Source: a virus
Taxonomy: Duplodnaviria; Heunggongvirae; Uroviricota; Caudoviricetes
IMG/VR virus record: IMGVR_UViG_3300025066_000017
DNA: 15,016 nucleotides
Direction: 5' to 3' (one strand)
Shown: positions 1-7,361 of the stretch, piece after piece
Layout: each line of letters begins with the position of its first letter
Numbering within the stretch: position 1 is the first letter of the stretch
The notes under the pieces: generated by a model
Told to the model about the DNA's origin: nothing
Databases searched by the model: none
The model's input: only the letters and a program-made list of their open reading frames with translations
Translations under genes and position numbers: made by a program

Positions 1-3000
1 ACGAGGAGAAAGAGTCATTGGAGAGTTTTTACTAGCGGGTTGTCTCTGTTGAATATACGACAGTCTACTTTGCATCTCCTCGAAAACTTTTTTCTCTTCA
101 GGACTCTGAGCAGAAGAAATCAAGTTTTCTAGAGCAGGTGCCACATCAAAAAGAAAGTCTTTGTCTTCTTTTCCTAAATCCAAGCTGGGTTGCCCCGCAA
201 AGCCACCTTGTTCACGCATTTCGTGAACATTTGGCATATTGCTAACTTTAGGAAAATGCAGACCCTCGTTCTCTATAGGTCCTTCAGAAGAACTCGGAGA
301 TCCAGAAGTCCCCGGAGAAACCTCTTCTCCAAGATAATAATCTTCTCCCAGAACATCTGCGGCACCTTCAAGATCTATATGTCCCCAAGGAGATTGTTTT
401 TGCTCATCCTCTCCATAACCAGCCTGGAATGCGTTGTCTCCATAAGTCTGTCTATAGATGTTTTGCGCCTGCTTCAACATCGGTTTCATGAGTTGTTGAA
501 CTGCAGTATCTGGTGCTTCTCCTCCATGTTCCTGGCTAAGACGTCTCAAGCTTTCATTGAATTTTTGCTTGAGACCCATCAACTCTCTATGGGCATCAGG
601 ATTGGCCTGTCGGAGACTTCTTAGGTTTCTCTCGTCATTCCAAAGACTATGCAGATCTTGAGGATTTACCTTTCCTGCAGGTGTCTGTTCTTCGAAAGAA
701 GAAGACCCAGGAGAATCGATATTTTCTTCCCCAATTATTTGATCTAATGTGGCCTCACTTGTCTTGTTGTCGGAAGAAGACCCAGGAGACCCCGGATATG
801 TATCAGTGCGTTGTTCTGGTCCCGGAGGGTCAAACTCTGCACTTTGTGCTTCTGCTATCTTCTTCGGAGAAACTGTTTTTGTCTTTTCATTGGATTGGAA
901 TTGGAGTGCATCCGGGTTCTGAGAAGAAGGATGTCCAGATCGTGTCCCTTCTTCAGATCCTGTGCCACTTGCGCCACTATCAACATCATTCCAAAACGGA
1001 CTTTCCCATGGTTCTAAATGAGTATCTTCAGAACTGCCGCGTTGCCCTGTCTCCATTGATTGGAATTGCAAGCTGTTTTCGTTTTGATTTGTTTCTCTTT
1101 GTGAAGTTGCTCCTCCCTGCGTATCGGAGATTCTTTGATCATCCGACAATTCTAAAATTGATTGTGGAGCAGTTGGAGGGGCTTGTCCTGGTGAAGTTGC
1201 TCCTCCTTGCGTATCGGAAGTTTGTGATAGCGTCGATGGTGCAAATGGAGTAGAAGGATGAGTCTGTGGAGCAAAAGGAGTCGGAGCAAATCCTAAATTT
1301 GTTTGCGTTGACTCTGAAGACTGAATAGGGCTTCCCTGATATGCTTGTGTATTGACAGAGTTGTTGGGCGGATTACTGTCCCGCAATGTTGGCTCTGGGG
1401 CTTCGCCCAAGGAAGTACCATCCTGAGTTCCACTGTAAAGTTGTTCATTTATATTGTCTTTCCATTCCCGAGTTTGAGAAGGTTGTTGCTCTCCCCCGAA
1501 CCCGCTTTCTTGGACAGGCGCAAAAGGATTCCCAGGAGCATTCTGTGCCCCCTCACTCGCCTTTCTCTCTATTTCACTCGCTTGTTGGTGTATCCTGTAT
1601 GTTATTTCTTTGTATTTTTCTATGGGGAGTCCTATTTCAGGGTCAGGGTTCATGTTCTCGTTAAGTTCTCTATACCACTCTCTCTTGAGACCTTGTATTT
1701 GTTCCCGTGCTTCCGCGTTATTATATACATGCGGAAAACTTTCTTCATTATCAAAAAGAACGTCGAGATATCCGGTGGTTTCTCTGAAACGCCTACGTTC
1801 ATTCCTTGCTTGCACTGCAGGAGAATCGTTGTTTGTATTTACTTGTTCCGCCGACCCAGCCGCAGAAGAATTATTGTCTCTAGTTAATGTTCCAGGTGCC
1901 CTCTCCCTTTGTTCAAACTGTTCTTGAGGTTGCTTCTGTCCGGGGAGAGCTTGAGTCGGATCAACTTGTTCAAACTGTTCTTGAGGTTGCTTCTGTCCGG
2001 GGAGAGCTTGAGTCGGATCAACTTGTTCAAACTGTTCTTGAGGTTGCTTTTGTCCAGAAAGAGCTTGAGTCGAATCAACTGGTGCAAAAGGATTTCCTCC
2101 AGACTGTTGCTCGTAAGACTCCCTATTTATTTCGTCCGCCGCATTGTAAGTCTCCAACAAGATGCGATCTTGTACTTCCTGCGGAATATTAGACCCATGG
2201 GCTTCCTCCTGTCTTTTCATCTGCTGCTGGAATCTAGATTGCAAAGAATCTAGTCTTGCCTTCAACTCCGGATTTTTATGGACCCGATCAAAATGTGAAT
2301 CACCAGAAAACATTCCTTCCAAAACTTTCGAAGCAATGGGAACCATTGGGTCTTGCTTTGGGGCTGGTTGAGGGATTCCTGGATTCACCTGTGTCTGTTG
2401 GGGGATTCCAGGATTGGTTTCTGTCTCTTCGGAAACTCCAGGATCAGTTTTTGGATATTGGGGAATCCCAGGGTTCACTTGTGTTTGCTGGGGGACTTCT
2501 GGATTCACCTGTGTCTGTTGGGGAATATTCTGAATGAACGACGAGTATGGACTCAAGTCACCAGGAACATTAGGGAGATTTGGACTCAAATTAGTATGTG
2601 GATTTTCTTGTTGCAGTCGCTCCGGCGTTGGGACCTGGATGCTCTGCCCCGGACGTATTTGTAATGGTCCTGTTCCCTGCGCCTCTCTGTTTCTTTTCCA
2701 CTCCTCGTGTGGATTAGGACTAGGCGCTGATGGTGCAGCAATCGGGTCTCGCTGTCGTGCTGCTAAGTTCTCTATTGGGGTATTTGATGGATCTGGTTGC
2801 GGCACTGTCTGTCTGCTCAAAGGCTCTGTTGACCTTCGCCGACGAGACTCTTCCAAACCAGCATCCATTATAAGCTGGCGTTCCGTGGAAACATCTGTAG
2901 CTGGTTCTCTTGGGAGACCATCGGGGCTTGGAACTGGTCCACCAAAAGGATCGTTGTGCTGGGCAACTGGAGTTGCTCTGGGTGTGTTTGGAGTGGGTGC

Positions 3001-4047
3001 AAAAGGAGTGTTTGGAGTGGGTGCGGAGGGCTCGTTTGAGGTAGGCCCTTGTCCCTGAGACGCCTGTTGAATTCGATCTTGTACGTGTGGTGATAAACGA
3101 GGCACAGGAGAACCTTCTCTTGCTTCTCCTTTTACTCGACTTTGTTCTCCAAGAAGTTGTGCTTTTGGAACACCATACTCGTCGTTCATCTCGAGCAAAT
3201 GATGCATTATATCTTCATCTTCTCGAGATCTTCTTTCTGGATCTATTCCACCATCGAAACTGTCAATAAAGCTTACTTTGTGGTGATCTGGACTCTGCAC
3301 ACCCTCGTCCAAGCGAACTCTATAGTTTGCATGTGGATTTTTTGGTGTTCTAGGACCGAAGGGTGTTTGATTTACAAGAGATTCTTTAGCTCCGCGTGTC
3401 GCTTGTTCCTGTTGAGGAACTTGTTTATTTGTCGGCGGCGCAGGTGAGTGTACAACGGGTTCTTGATGCTGTTGTTGTTTGTGGGCTGGAGTATGTGGTG
3501 TCTGAATACCTTCGTGGGATAAAGAAGGAGCTACGTTGGGATCTTTGGAGTGACTGGTACCAAAATCTCCGAATGCAGTAGTCGAATCCTTGCCCGAAAA
3601 AGACCTATCTCTGAATACATCACCAAGACGTCCATGATAATCTCTGCTGACTCTTATATCGGTTGGTTCAAACTCAAAGGAATGTCGAGAATCACTTACT
3701 GGATGATCATGCGAATATATTCTGTATCGATCTCTGGGCTCTGTTTGTTCTTTTTCACTGTGTTGACGTTCTGAATCTAGAGAAGAAGATTCACTGTATG
3801 ATCCAAGACTAGATGCCCCCTCACTATATGGATTTGACAGCCGTTCGTTTTTCCCCTGGAGGCTGGGACTATGTGGTTCTGCAGAAGCTTCGGAACTTGG
3901 TGAGAATTCCGTTGGGGTGGGATCTGCGCCTCCTGATACTCCAAACGCAGCTTTGGCTAATTGATCTTGTGTTTCCCAAGGCAGTGGAGCAGTCCCTAGA
4001 GATTTCAGTGTTTCTTCATTATAGAGCTTAGTGGAGGCTTTACCCAT
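1..4047 (-). CDS. Giant low-complexity protein, N-terminal 1349 aa only (runs off the left edge); function unknown, possibly a virion-associated or polyvalent phage protein
   Basis: Manual translation of the reverse strand from ATG at 4047 (MGKASTKLYNEETLKSLGTAPLPWETQDQ...) to position 1 (...QQRQPASKNSPMTLSPR) found no stop in 1349 codons. An in-frame TGA lies upstream at 4066-4068. All internal repeats have lengths divisible by 3 (57 nt, 30 nt). Confidence 0.93.
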   Translation of the reverse strand, partial: MGKASTKLYNEETLKSLGTAPLPWETQDQLAKAAFGVSGGADPTPTEFSPSSEASAEPHSPSLQGKNERLSNPYSEGASSLGSYSESSSLDSERQHSEKEQTEPRDRYRIYSHDHPVSDSRHSFEFEPTDIRVSRDYHGRLGDVFRDRSFSGKDSTTAFGDFGTSHSKDPNVAPSLSHEGIQTPHTPAHKQQQHQEPVVHSPAPPTNKQVPQQEQATRGAKESLVNQTPFGPRTPKNPHANYRVRLDEGVQSPDHHKVSFIDSFDGGIDPERRSREDEDIMHHLLEMNDEYGVPKAQLLGEQSRVKGEAREGSPVPRLSPHVQDRIQQASQGQGPTSNEPSAPTPNTPFAPTPNTPRATPVAQHNDPFGGPVPSPDGLPREPATDVSTERQLIMDAGLEESRRRRSTEPLSRQTVPQPDPSNTPIENLAARQRDPIAAPSAPSPNPHEEWKRNREAQGTGPLQIRPGQSIQVPTPERLQQENPHTNLSPNLPNVPGDLSPYSSFIQNIPQQTQVNPEVPQQTQVNPGIPQYPKTDPGVSEETETNPGIPQQTQVNPGIPQPAPKQDPMVPIASKVLEGMFSGDSHFDRVHKNPELKARLDSLQSRFQQQMKRQEEAHGSNIPQEVQDRILLETYNAADEINRESYEQQSGGNPFAPVDSTQALSGQKQPQEQFEQVDPTQALPGQKQPQEQFEQVDPTQALPGQKQPQEQFEQRERAPGTLTRDNNSSAAGSAEQVNTNNDSPAVQARNERRRFRETTGYLDVLFDNEESFPHVYNNAEAREQIQGLKREWYRELNENMNPDPEIGLPIEKYKEITYRIHQQASEIERKASEGAQNAPGNPFAPVQESGFGGEQQPSQTREWKDNINEQLYSGTQDGTSLGEAPEPTLRDSNPPNNSVNTQAYQGSPIQSSESTQTNLGFAPTPFAPQTHPSTPFAPSTLSQTSDTQGGATSPGQAPPTAPQSILELSDDQRISDTQGGATSQRETNQNENSLQFQSMETGQRGSSEDTHLEPWESPFWNDVDSGASGTGSEEGTRSGHPSSQNPDALQFQSNEKTKTVSPKKIAEAQSAEFDPPGPEQRTDTYPGSPGSSSDNKTSEATLDQIIGEENIDSPGSSSFEEQTPAGKVNPQDLHSLWNDERNLRSLRQANPDAHRELMGLKQKFNESLRRLSQEHGGEAPDTAVQQLMKPMLKQAQNIYRQTYGDNAFQAGYGEDEQKQSPWGHIDLEGAADVLGEDYYLGEEVSPGTSGSPSSSEGPIENEGLHFPKVSNMPNVHEMREQGGFAGQPSLDLGKEDKDFLFDVAPALENLISSAQSPEEKKVFEEMQSRLSYIQQRQPASKNSPMTLSPR
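448..2322 (-). repeat. Three diverged copies of a ~69-aa helical module inside the giant ORF (2119-2322, 1561-1767, 448-654)
   Basis: Aligned by eye: LEGMFSGDSHFDRVHKNPELKARLDSLQSRFQQQMK...AADEINRE / LDVLFDNEESFPHVYNNAEAREQIQGLKREWYRELN...QASEIERK / LHSLWNDERNLRSLRQANPDAHRELMGLKQKFNESLR...QAQNIYRQ. Confidence 0.7.
1909..2079. repeat. Coding tandem repeat, 3 x 57 nt (19 aa VDPTQALPGQKQPQEQFEQ on the minus strand)
   Basis: Units 1909-1965 and 1966-2022 are identical; 2023-2079 has a few substitutions. Confidence 0.97.
2371..2520. repeat. Coding tandem repeat, 5 x 30 nt (10 aa, consensus QQTQVNPGIP)
   Basis: Minus-strand translation: QQTQVNPEVP QQTQVNPGIP QYPKTDPGVS EETETNPGIP QQTQVNPGIP. Confidence 0.9.
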
Positions 4048-4183
4048 TTTCTTATTTCTCGCATGTCACATGTTTTGCCAGAAAAAAAACTGCATTTGCG
4101 CCGAATATATCACAGTAAACTTTTCTTCTTCTATTTATTTCTTTAGACGTTCTCTTGATAAATATCCACAAATACAAAAAAAT

Positions 4184-4208
4184 AAAATCTTTAGACTCTA
4201 AAGATTTT
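4184..4208. promoter_or_regulatory. Dispersed palindrome copy 1: AAAATCTTTAGA-C-TCTAAAGATTTT
   Basis: Perfect 12-bp arms with a 1-nt centre. It lies in the divergent intergenic region, 19 nt upstream of the SET gene start. The regulatory role is inferred. Confidence 0.75.
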
Positions 4209-4227
4209 TATAAAAAAGGACTCATCC

Positions 4228-4620
4228 TTGCTTTTCATCTCGCATTATATAAAGCACTCTTCTGTCCATGGACTTGGTCTCTTTACATCCACACCCGTTA
4301 TCTGCGGAGAAGCGATATGGCAATTCTCATCAGAATCTTGTCTCATTATGACAAAGGATGAATGGTTAGGTCTCATTGCTTCTTTGGGAGAAGAAAACAC
4401 TGTAAAGATAAAGAAATGGACAGAAGTCGATGGCGAATTTTTTATAATGTATACGGATGGGTCACAATTTATAAACCACTCCGACAATCCAAATGTTAAA
4501 GATGAGGGAAATAAAATCATTGCCCTACGCGATATAAACACCCACGAAGAAATAACACTGGACTATAAAGTCGCCCTCGACCCCAGAGATCACGAATTCT
4601 TAAAAGAGTATCTGAAATGA
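4228..4620 (+). CDS. Stand-alone SET-domain protein (putative protein-lysine methyltransferase)
   Basis: SET motifs: S.VHGLGLFT near the N-terminus, FINHSDNPN (NHS motif), IALRDI...EEITLDY (ELxxDY). TTG start with AAGGA 7 nt upstream. No post-SET cysteines. Confidence 0.9.
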   Translation: MLFISHYIKHSSVHGLGLFTSTPVICGEAIWQFSSESCLIMTKDEWLGLIASLGEENTVKIKKWTEVDGEFFIMYTDGSQFINHSDNPNVKDEGNKIIALRDINTHEEITLDYKVALDPRDHEFLKEYLK

Positions 4621-5051
4621 TTGACCTCAATATCATATCACTCAAAGACCTAAGTAAATTAGTCTCGCGTGATTTGCTTGGGTATGAGGTCGACGACTCC
4701 TCTTTTGACCCTGCGATTAGAATTCCCGGAGAATGGGAAGGGAGAATCCATCAAGGATGGCATAGGATGCCTTATTGGGCCAGTGATGCTTCTGCATGGG
4801 AGGTTCTTATCTCAAAAATGGAAGGATTTAATTTCCTCTTTCATCTTTATCAAATAAATCATGAGAGAGGGAAATACATCGCCATCTTCCAGGATTCTGA
4901 AAAACAAAGAGAATTGAGTTTTGGTTTTGCATCTAAAATACCCCGCGCATCTTGCATCGCAGCACTCCGAGTACTGGAACTATTTATTATAGATTCTGTT
5001 GAAATGGATGACTTTGTGAAAATAAAAGAACATTTAATGTTTATACCCTAA
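4617..5051 (+). CDS. Phage ABA-sandwich-domain-like protein
   Basis: V..DLLGY, PYWASDASAWEVLISKM and ASKIPRASCIAALRVL match the recalled family pattern (P.YSTD..AAW.V.EK ... A.T.P.AIC.AAL). ATGA overlap with the SET stop codon. Confidence 0.65.
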   Translation: MIDLNIISLKDLSKLVSRDLLGYEVDDSSFDPAIRIPGEWEGRIHQGWHRMPYWASDASAWEVLISKMEGFNFLFHLYQINHERGKYIAIFQDSEKQRELSFGFASKIPRASCIAALRVLELFIIDSVEMDDFVKIKEHLMFIP

Positions 5052-5158
5052 TAATAAACAATTTATACTCAAGGAATATATCAATAAAAACATAGAAGAA
5101 TCGGGTGTTTTGCACATATTTCTAAATAGACAAAGTGGTCTTTTTTTTGCTATTTCTG

Positions 5159-5205
5159 AATAACAAGCAGAGACCTTATCAATACTATTGTCTTTGCTTG
5201 TTATT
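5159..5205. other. Intergenic inverted repeat / RNA hairpin (16-bp stem, 15-nt loop)
   Basis: AATAACAAGCAGAGAC (5159-5174) pairs with GTCTTTGCTTGTTATT (5190-5205) with one G-U pair. It ends 35 nt upstream of the ATG at 5241. Confidence 0.65.
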
Positions 5206-5240
5206 GATATAAATTATCTGTATTCTGTCGGAGAGAGACA

Positions 5241-5762
5241 ATGAAAACCCAAGTCTTATTTATGTCTTCATTCTTAAAGATCATCAACACATATAGCTGG
5301 CTCATTGGACCCCTTGCTACAGGTCTTTTTATTTGGTGGTCTAGACGATTTTACAAAAAGGTAACAGAGATGATCGCATCACCAGAAAAAGTCGAACAAC
5401 TTGAGAAAGAAGTCAAGAACCTTAGAGCTATCGTAGAAGGAGTCCAAGATGAAGATACAGGTGAGAGAAAAGATGGCCTAGTGGACCAAGTCGCAAAACA
5501 GAACGAAACACTCTCAGAAACTCTTCCTCATGGATTGAAAAAAATAGAAGAAACACAAGGTGAAATCAGAGCATCAGAGGAAAGACTGCGAGGAGACATT
5601 AAGGCATCCGAGCAGCGATCCGCCCGGAGTTTGAATGATACTCGGCTAGAACTCTCTCGCCTTGTTTCTCACGAAGTCGAAAGAACTCTTGATGCAAAAC
5701 TAGTTCCACTTGAGCAACGCCTCACTACCGTCATTCAAGAGACTGCAGAGCGACGAGAATAG
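5241..5762 (+). CDS. Hypothetical membrane-anchored coiled-coil protein
   Basis: GGAG RBS. One N-terminal hydrophobic segment (SWLIGPLATGLFIWW) followed by basic residues (RR..KK), then E/K/L/Q-rich heptad-like sequence. Confidence 0.8.
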   Translation: MKTQVLFMSSFLKIINTYSWLIGPLATGLFIWWSRRFYKKVTEMIASPEKVEQLEKEVKNLRAIVEGVQDEDTGERKDGLVDQVAKQNETLSETLPHGLKKIEETQGEIRASEERLRGDIKASEQRSARSLNDTRLELSRLVSHEVERTLDAKLVPLEQRLTTVIQETAERRE

Positions 5763-5789
5763 ATTCACTGTCATGTATATGGATTTCCC

Positions 5790-6197
5790 ATGCGCTTGCT
5801 TCTTGTTGATGATAATCCAATTGATAGAGAGATACTCGAGACTTTCATTCATGACTTTGATTCTTCTATTATTATCATGCACGCTGAGCACGGCGAGGAA
5901 GCAATTGCGCTGCTCCTGGAACTCCCCAGAAAAGACCTCCCCAATCTAATCCTTTTAGACTTGCATATGCCTATAATGGATGGTTTAGATTTTCTTGATG
6001 CAAAATCAAATCTAAACGATATCATCCAAGCAATCCCCACACTTGTTCTTGCAAACACCGGGATAGCACAAAATGTTTTGAGAAGCTATATAGCCGGTGC
6101 TAATGCATTCATTGAAAGACCCATTGCACCATCTCTATTTAGAAAAATAATAAAAAGTATCTTCGCATTTTGGAATGATGTTGCGCTTCTGCCCTAG
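5790..6197 (+). CDS. Single-domain response regulator, Rcp1-like receiver, with atypical switch residues
   Basis: LLLVDD, LILLDLHMP (D57), GANAFIERP and the C-terminal FW..V.LP typical of Rcp1-like receivers. Ala88 replaces the conserved Thr/Ser and Arg110 replaces the conserved Lys. Confidence 0.92.
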   Translation: MRLLLVDDNPIDREILETFIHDFDSSIIIMHAEHGEEAIALLLELPRKDLPNLILLDLHMPIMDGLDFLDAKSNLNDIIQAIPTLVLANTGIAQNVLRSYIAGANAFIERPIAPSLFRKIIKSIFAFWNDVALLP

Positions 6198-6204
6198 ACG
6201 AAAT

Positions 6205-7302
6205 TTAGACAATAGGGATCTTTACAAAGAAAGTAGATCCTTCATCATATGTAGAGATAAAATCTATACTCCCACCCAAAAGCTCTATTTTTTTTCTAGA
6301 GAGAGCCAGTCCCATCCCATCTCCGGGTATCGAAGATCTATGATGCAAGCGCTGTAGAATTTGAAAAACCTTCTCTTTGTCTTTCTCTCGCACTCCGATT
6401 CCATTGTCTGTAAAAGAAAGAATAACGAAGTTTCTTTCTTTTTTTATGTCTACAGAAACCACGAGCTTTCTATTAGGGCTTTGATATTTTTTTGCGTTAT
6501 CTAGAATATTACTGAAGACAGAGTATAGAATGCTTCTATTCGAATCCACTGACATCTTTCTACTAAAAGAAATAGATGCGCAGCACTTCATGTCTAAGTC
6601 TGTTATTGCATCCGCAATAATATCTCCCAAATCAACACTTTCTGATGTCTCTACACTGTCTAATAAATCTATACGAGAATAGGATACAAGAAAATCTAAC
6701 AATCCTGAAAGTCTCTCGGATGATGCTATTATTTTTTTATATATTTCTTGATCTTCCGGACTTTGTAGGGAAGATTCTAAGAAACCCAAGTATCCGCAAA
6801 TAGCTCGAAGAGGAGCACGCAAGTCATGGCTTATAGAATAAGCAAGCTGTTTCAAGTCGTCGCATTGTCGCTGTAGACGGTTATTGAGTTGATACTCTTT
6901 CGTTAAATCGTTATGAGCACCCAATATTCGTATAGGATTTCCGTCGTTATCTCGAACCACATAACCCCGACATCGAATATAAACAGTCCCACCGTCTGCG
7001 TGATGATATCGTACCACCTGTTGATAACAGGGACGATCAGGATTATTGATAGATTCTTGCATCAAAATATTAGCAGTTTCTAAGTCTTCTGCAAAAATTA
7101 GATCTTGCCACTCCGACGCCTTATGCTCTCTTGTATTGGGATCATATCCCAATGTTTTCCAGAACTCTGGACTCATCCATTCGTTTTCATTATCGGTGAG
7201 ATCCCAGTACCAGACACCATCCAGAGAACCCTCACAAAGAAAATCAAAAATTCTTTGATCTTCTTGAAGTTTCTGAATTAATTCTTGATGTAGATAATTC
7301 AT
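6205..7302 (-). CDS. Soluble PAS-domain sensor histidine kinase (PAS-HisKA-HATPase_c; H-box of the Cph1/bacteriophytochrome-kinase type)
   Basis: PAS: DGVWYWDL...WMSPEFWKTLGY...WQDLI...VVRYHHADG...RCRG..VRD.DG.P.RILGAH.D.T. H-box AYSISHDLRAPLRAI, N-box VFSNILDNAKKY, DNGIG, GDGMGLA, EGSTF. No transmembrane segment. Start placed at ATG 7302 (AGGT upstream); the ORF track extends to GTG 7377. Confidence 0.95.
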   Translation of the reverse strand: MNYLHQELIQKLQEDQRIFDFLCEGSLDGVWYWDLTDNENEWMSPEFWKTLGYDPNTREHKASEWQDLIFAEDLETANILMQESINNPDRPCYQQVVRYHHADGGTVYIRCRGYVVRDNDGNPIRILGAHNDLTKEYQLNNRLQRQCDDLKQLAYSISHDLRAPLRAICGYLGFLESSLQSPEDQEIYKKIIASSERLSGLLDFLVSYSRIDLLDSVETSESVDLGDIIADAITDLDMKCCASISFSRKMSVDSNRSILYSVFSNILDNAKKYQSPNRKLVVSVDIKKERNFVILSFTDNGIGVREKDKEKVFQILQRLHHRSSIPGDGMGLALSRKKIELLGGSIDFISTYDEGSTFFVKIPIV

Positions 7303-7361
7303 TTTTTTACCTGAGAGTTCAATAGTAACAATCATCAGAGTAGACGAATTCTGTTTCCTTC

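Noticed and set aside
1909-2079. Possible CRISPR array
   Set aside because: The units are contiguous with no unique spacers, are 57 nt (a multiple of 3) and lie inside a CDS; no cas genes are seen.
2231-2240. Short palindrome AATCTAGATT resembling the dispersed motif
   Set aside because: Only 10 bp, inside a CDS, and lacks the TTTAGA/TCTAAA core; likely chance.
190-4031. About 20 plus-strand ORFs and one short minus-strand ORF in the track
   Set aside because: They are antisense or alternate-frame shadows of the uninterrupted 1349-codon minus-strand ORF; their translations are L/F/C-rich and have no motifs.
4048-4227. Sigma70 promoters in the divergent intergenic region
   Set aside because: It is AT-rich, but no convincing -35/-10 pair with correct spacing could be assigned by eye.
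4155-4361. Track ORF containing KIKSLDSKDF, similar to IKSLESKDC at the end of 7878-8249
   Set aside because: The similarity is simply the translated palindrome; this ORF overlaps the better-supported SET gene out of frame.
5748-5762. C-terminal ERRE of the membrane protein as a PilZ-like c-di-GMP motif
   Set aside because: Too short; it lacks the full RxxxR and D/NxSxxG motifs.
6205-7302. Calling the kinase a phytochrome (cph1/bphP)
   Set aside because: Only the kinase core is of that type; no GAF/PHY domains or bilin-binding region are present, just one PAS domain.
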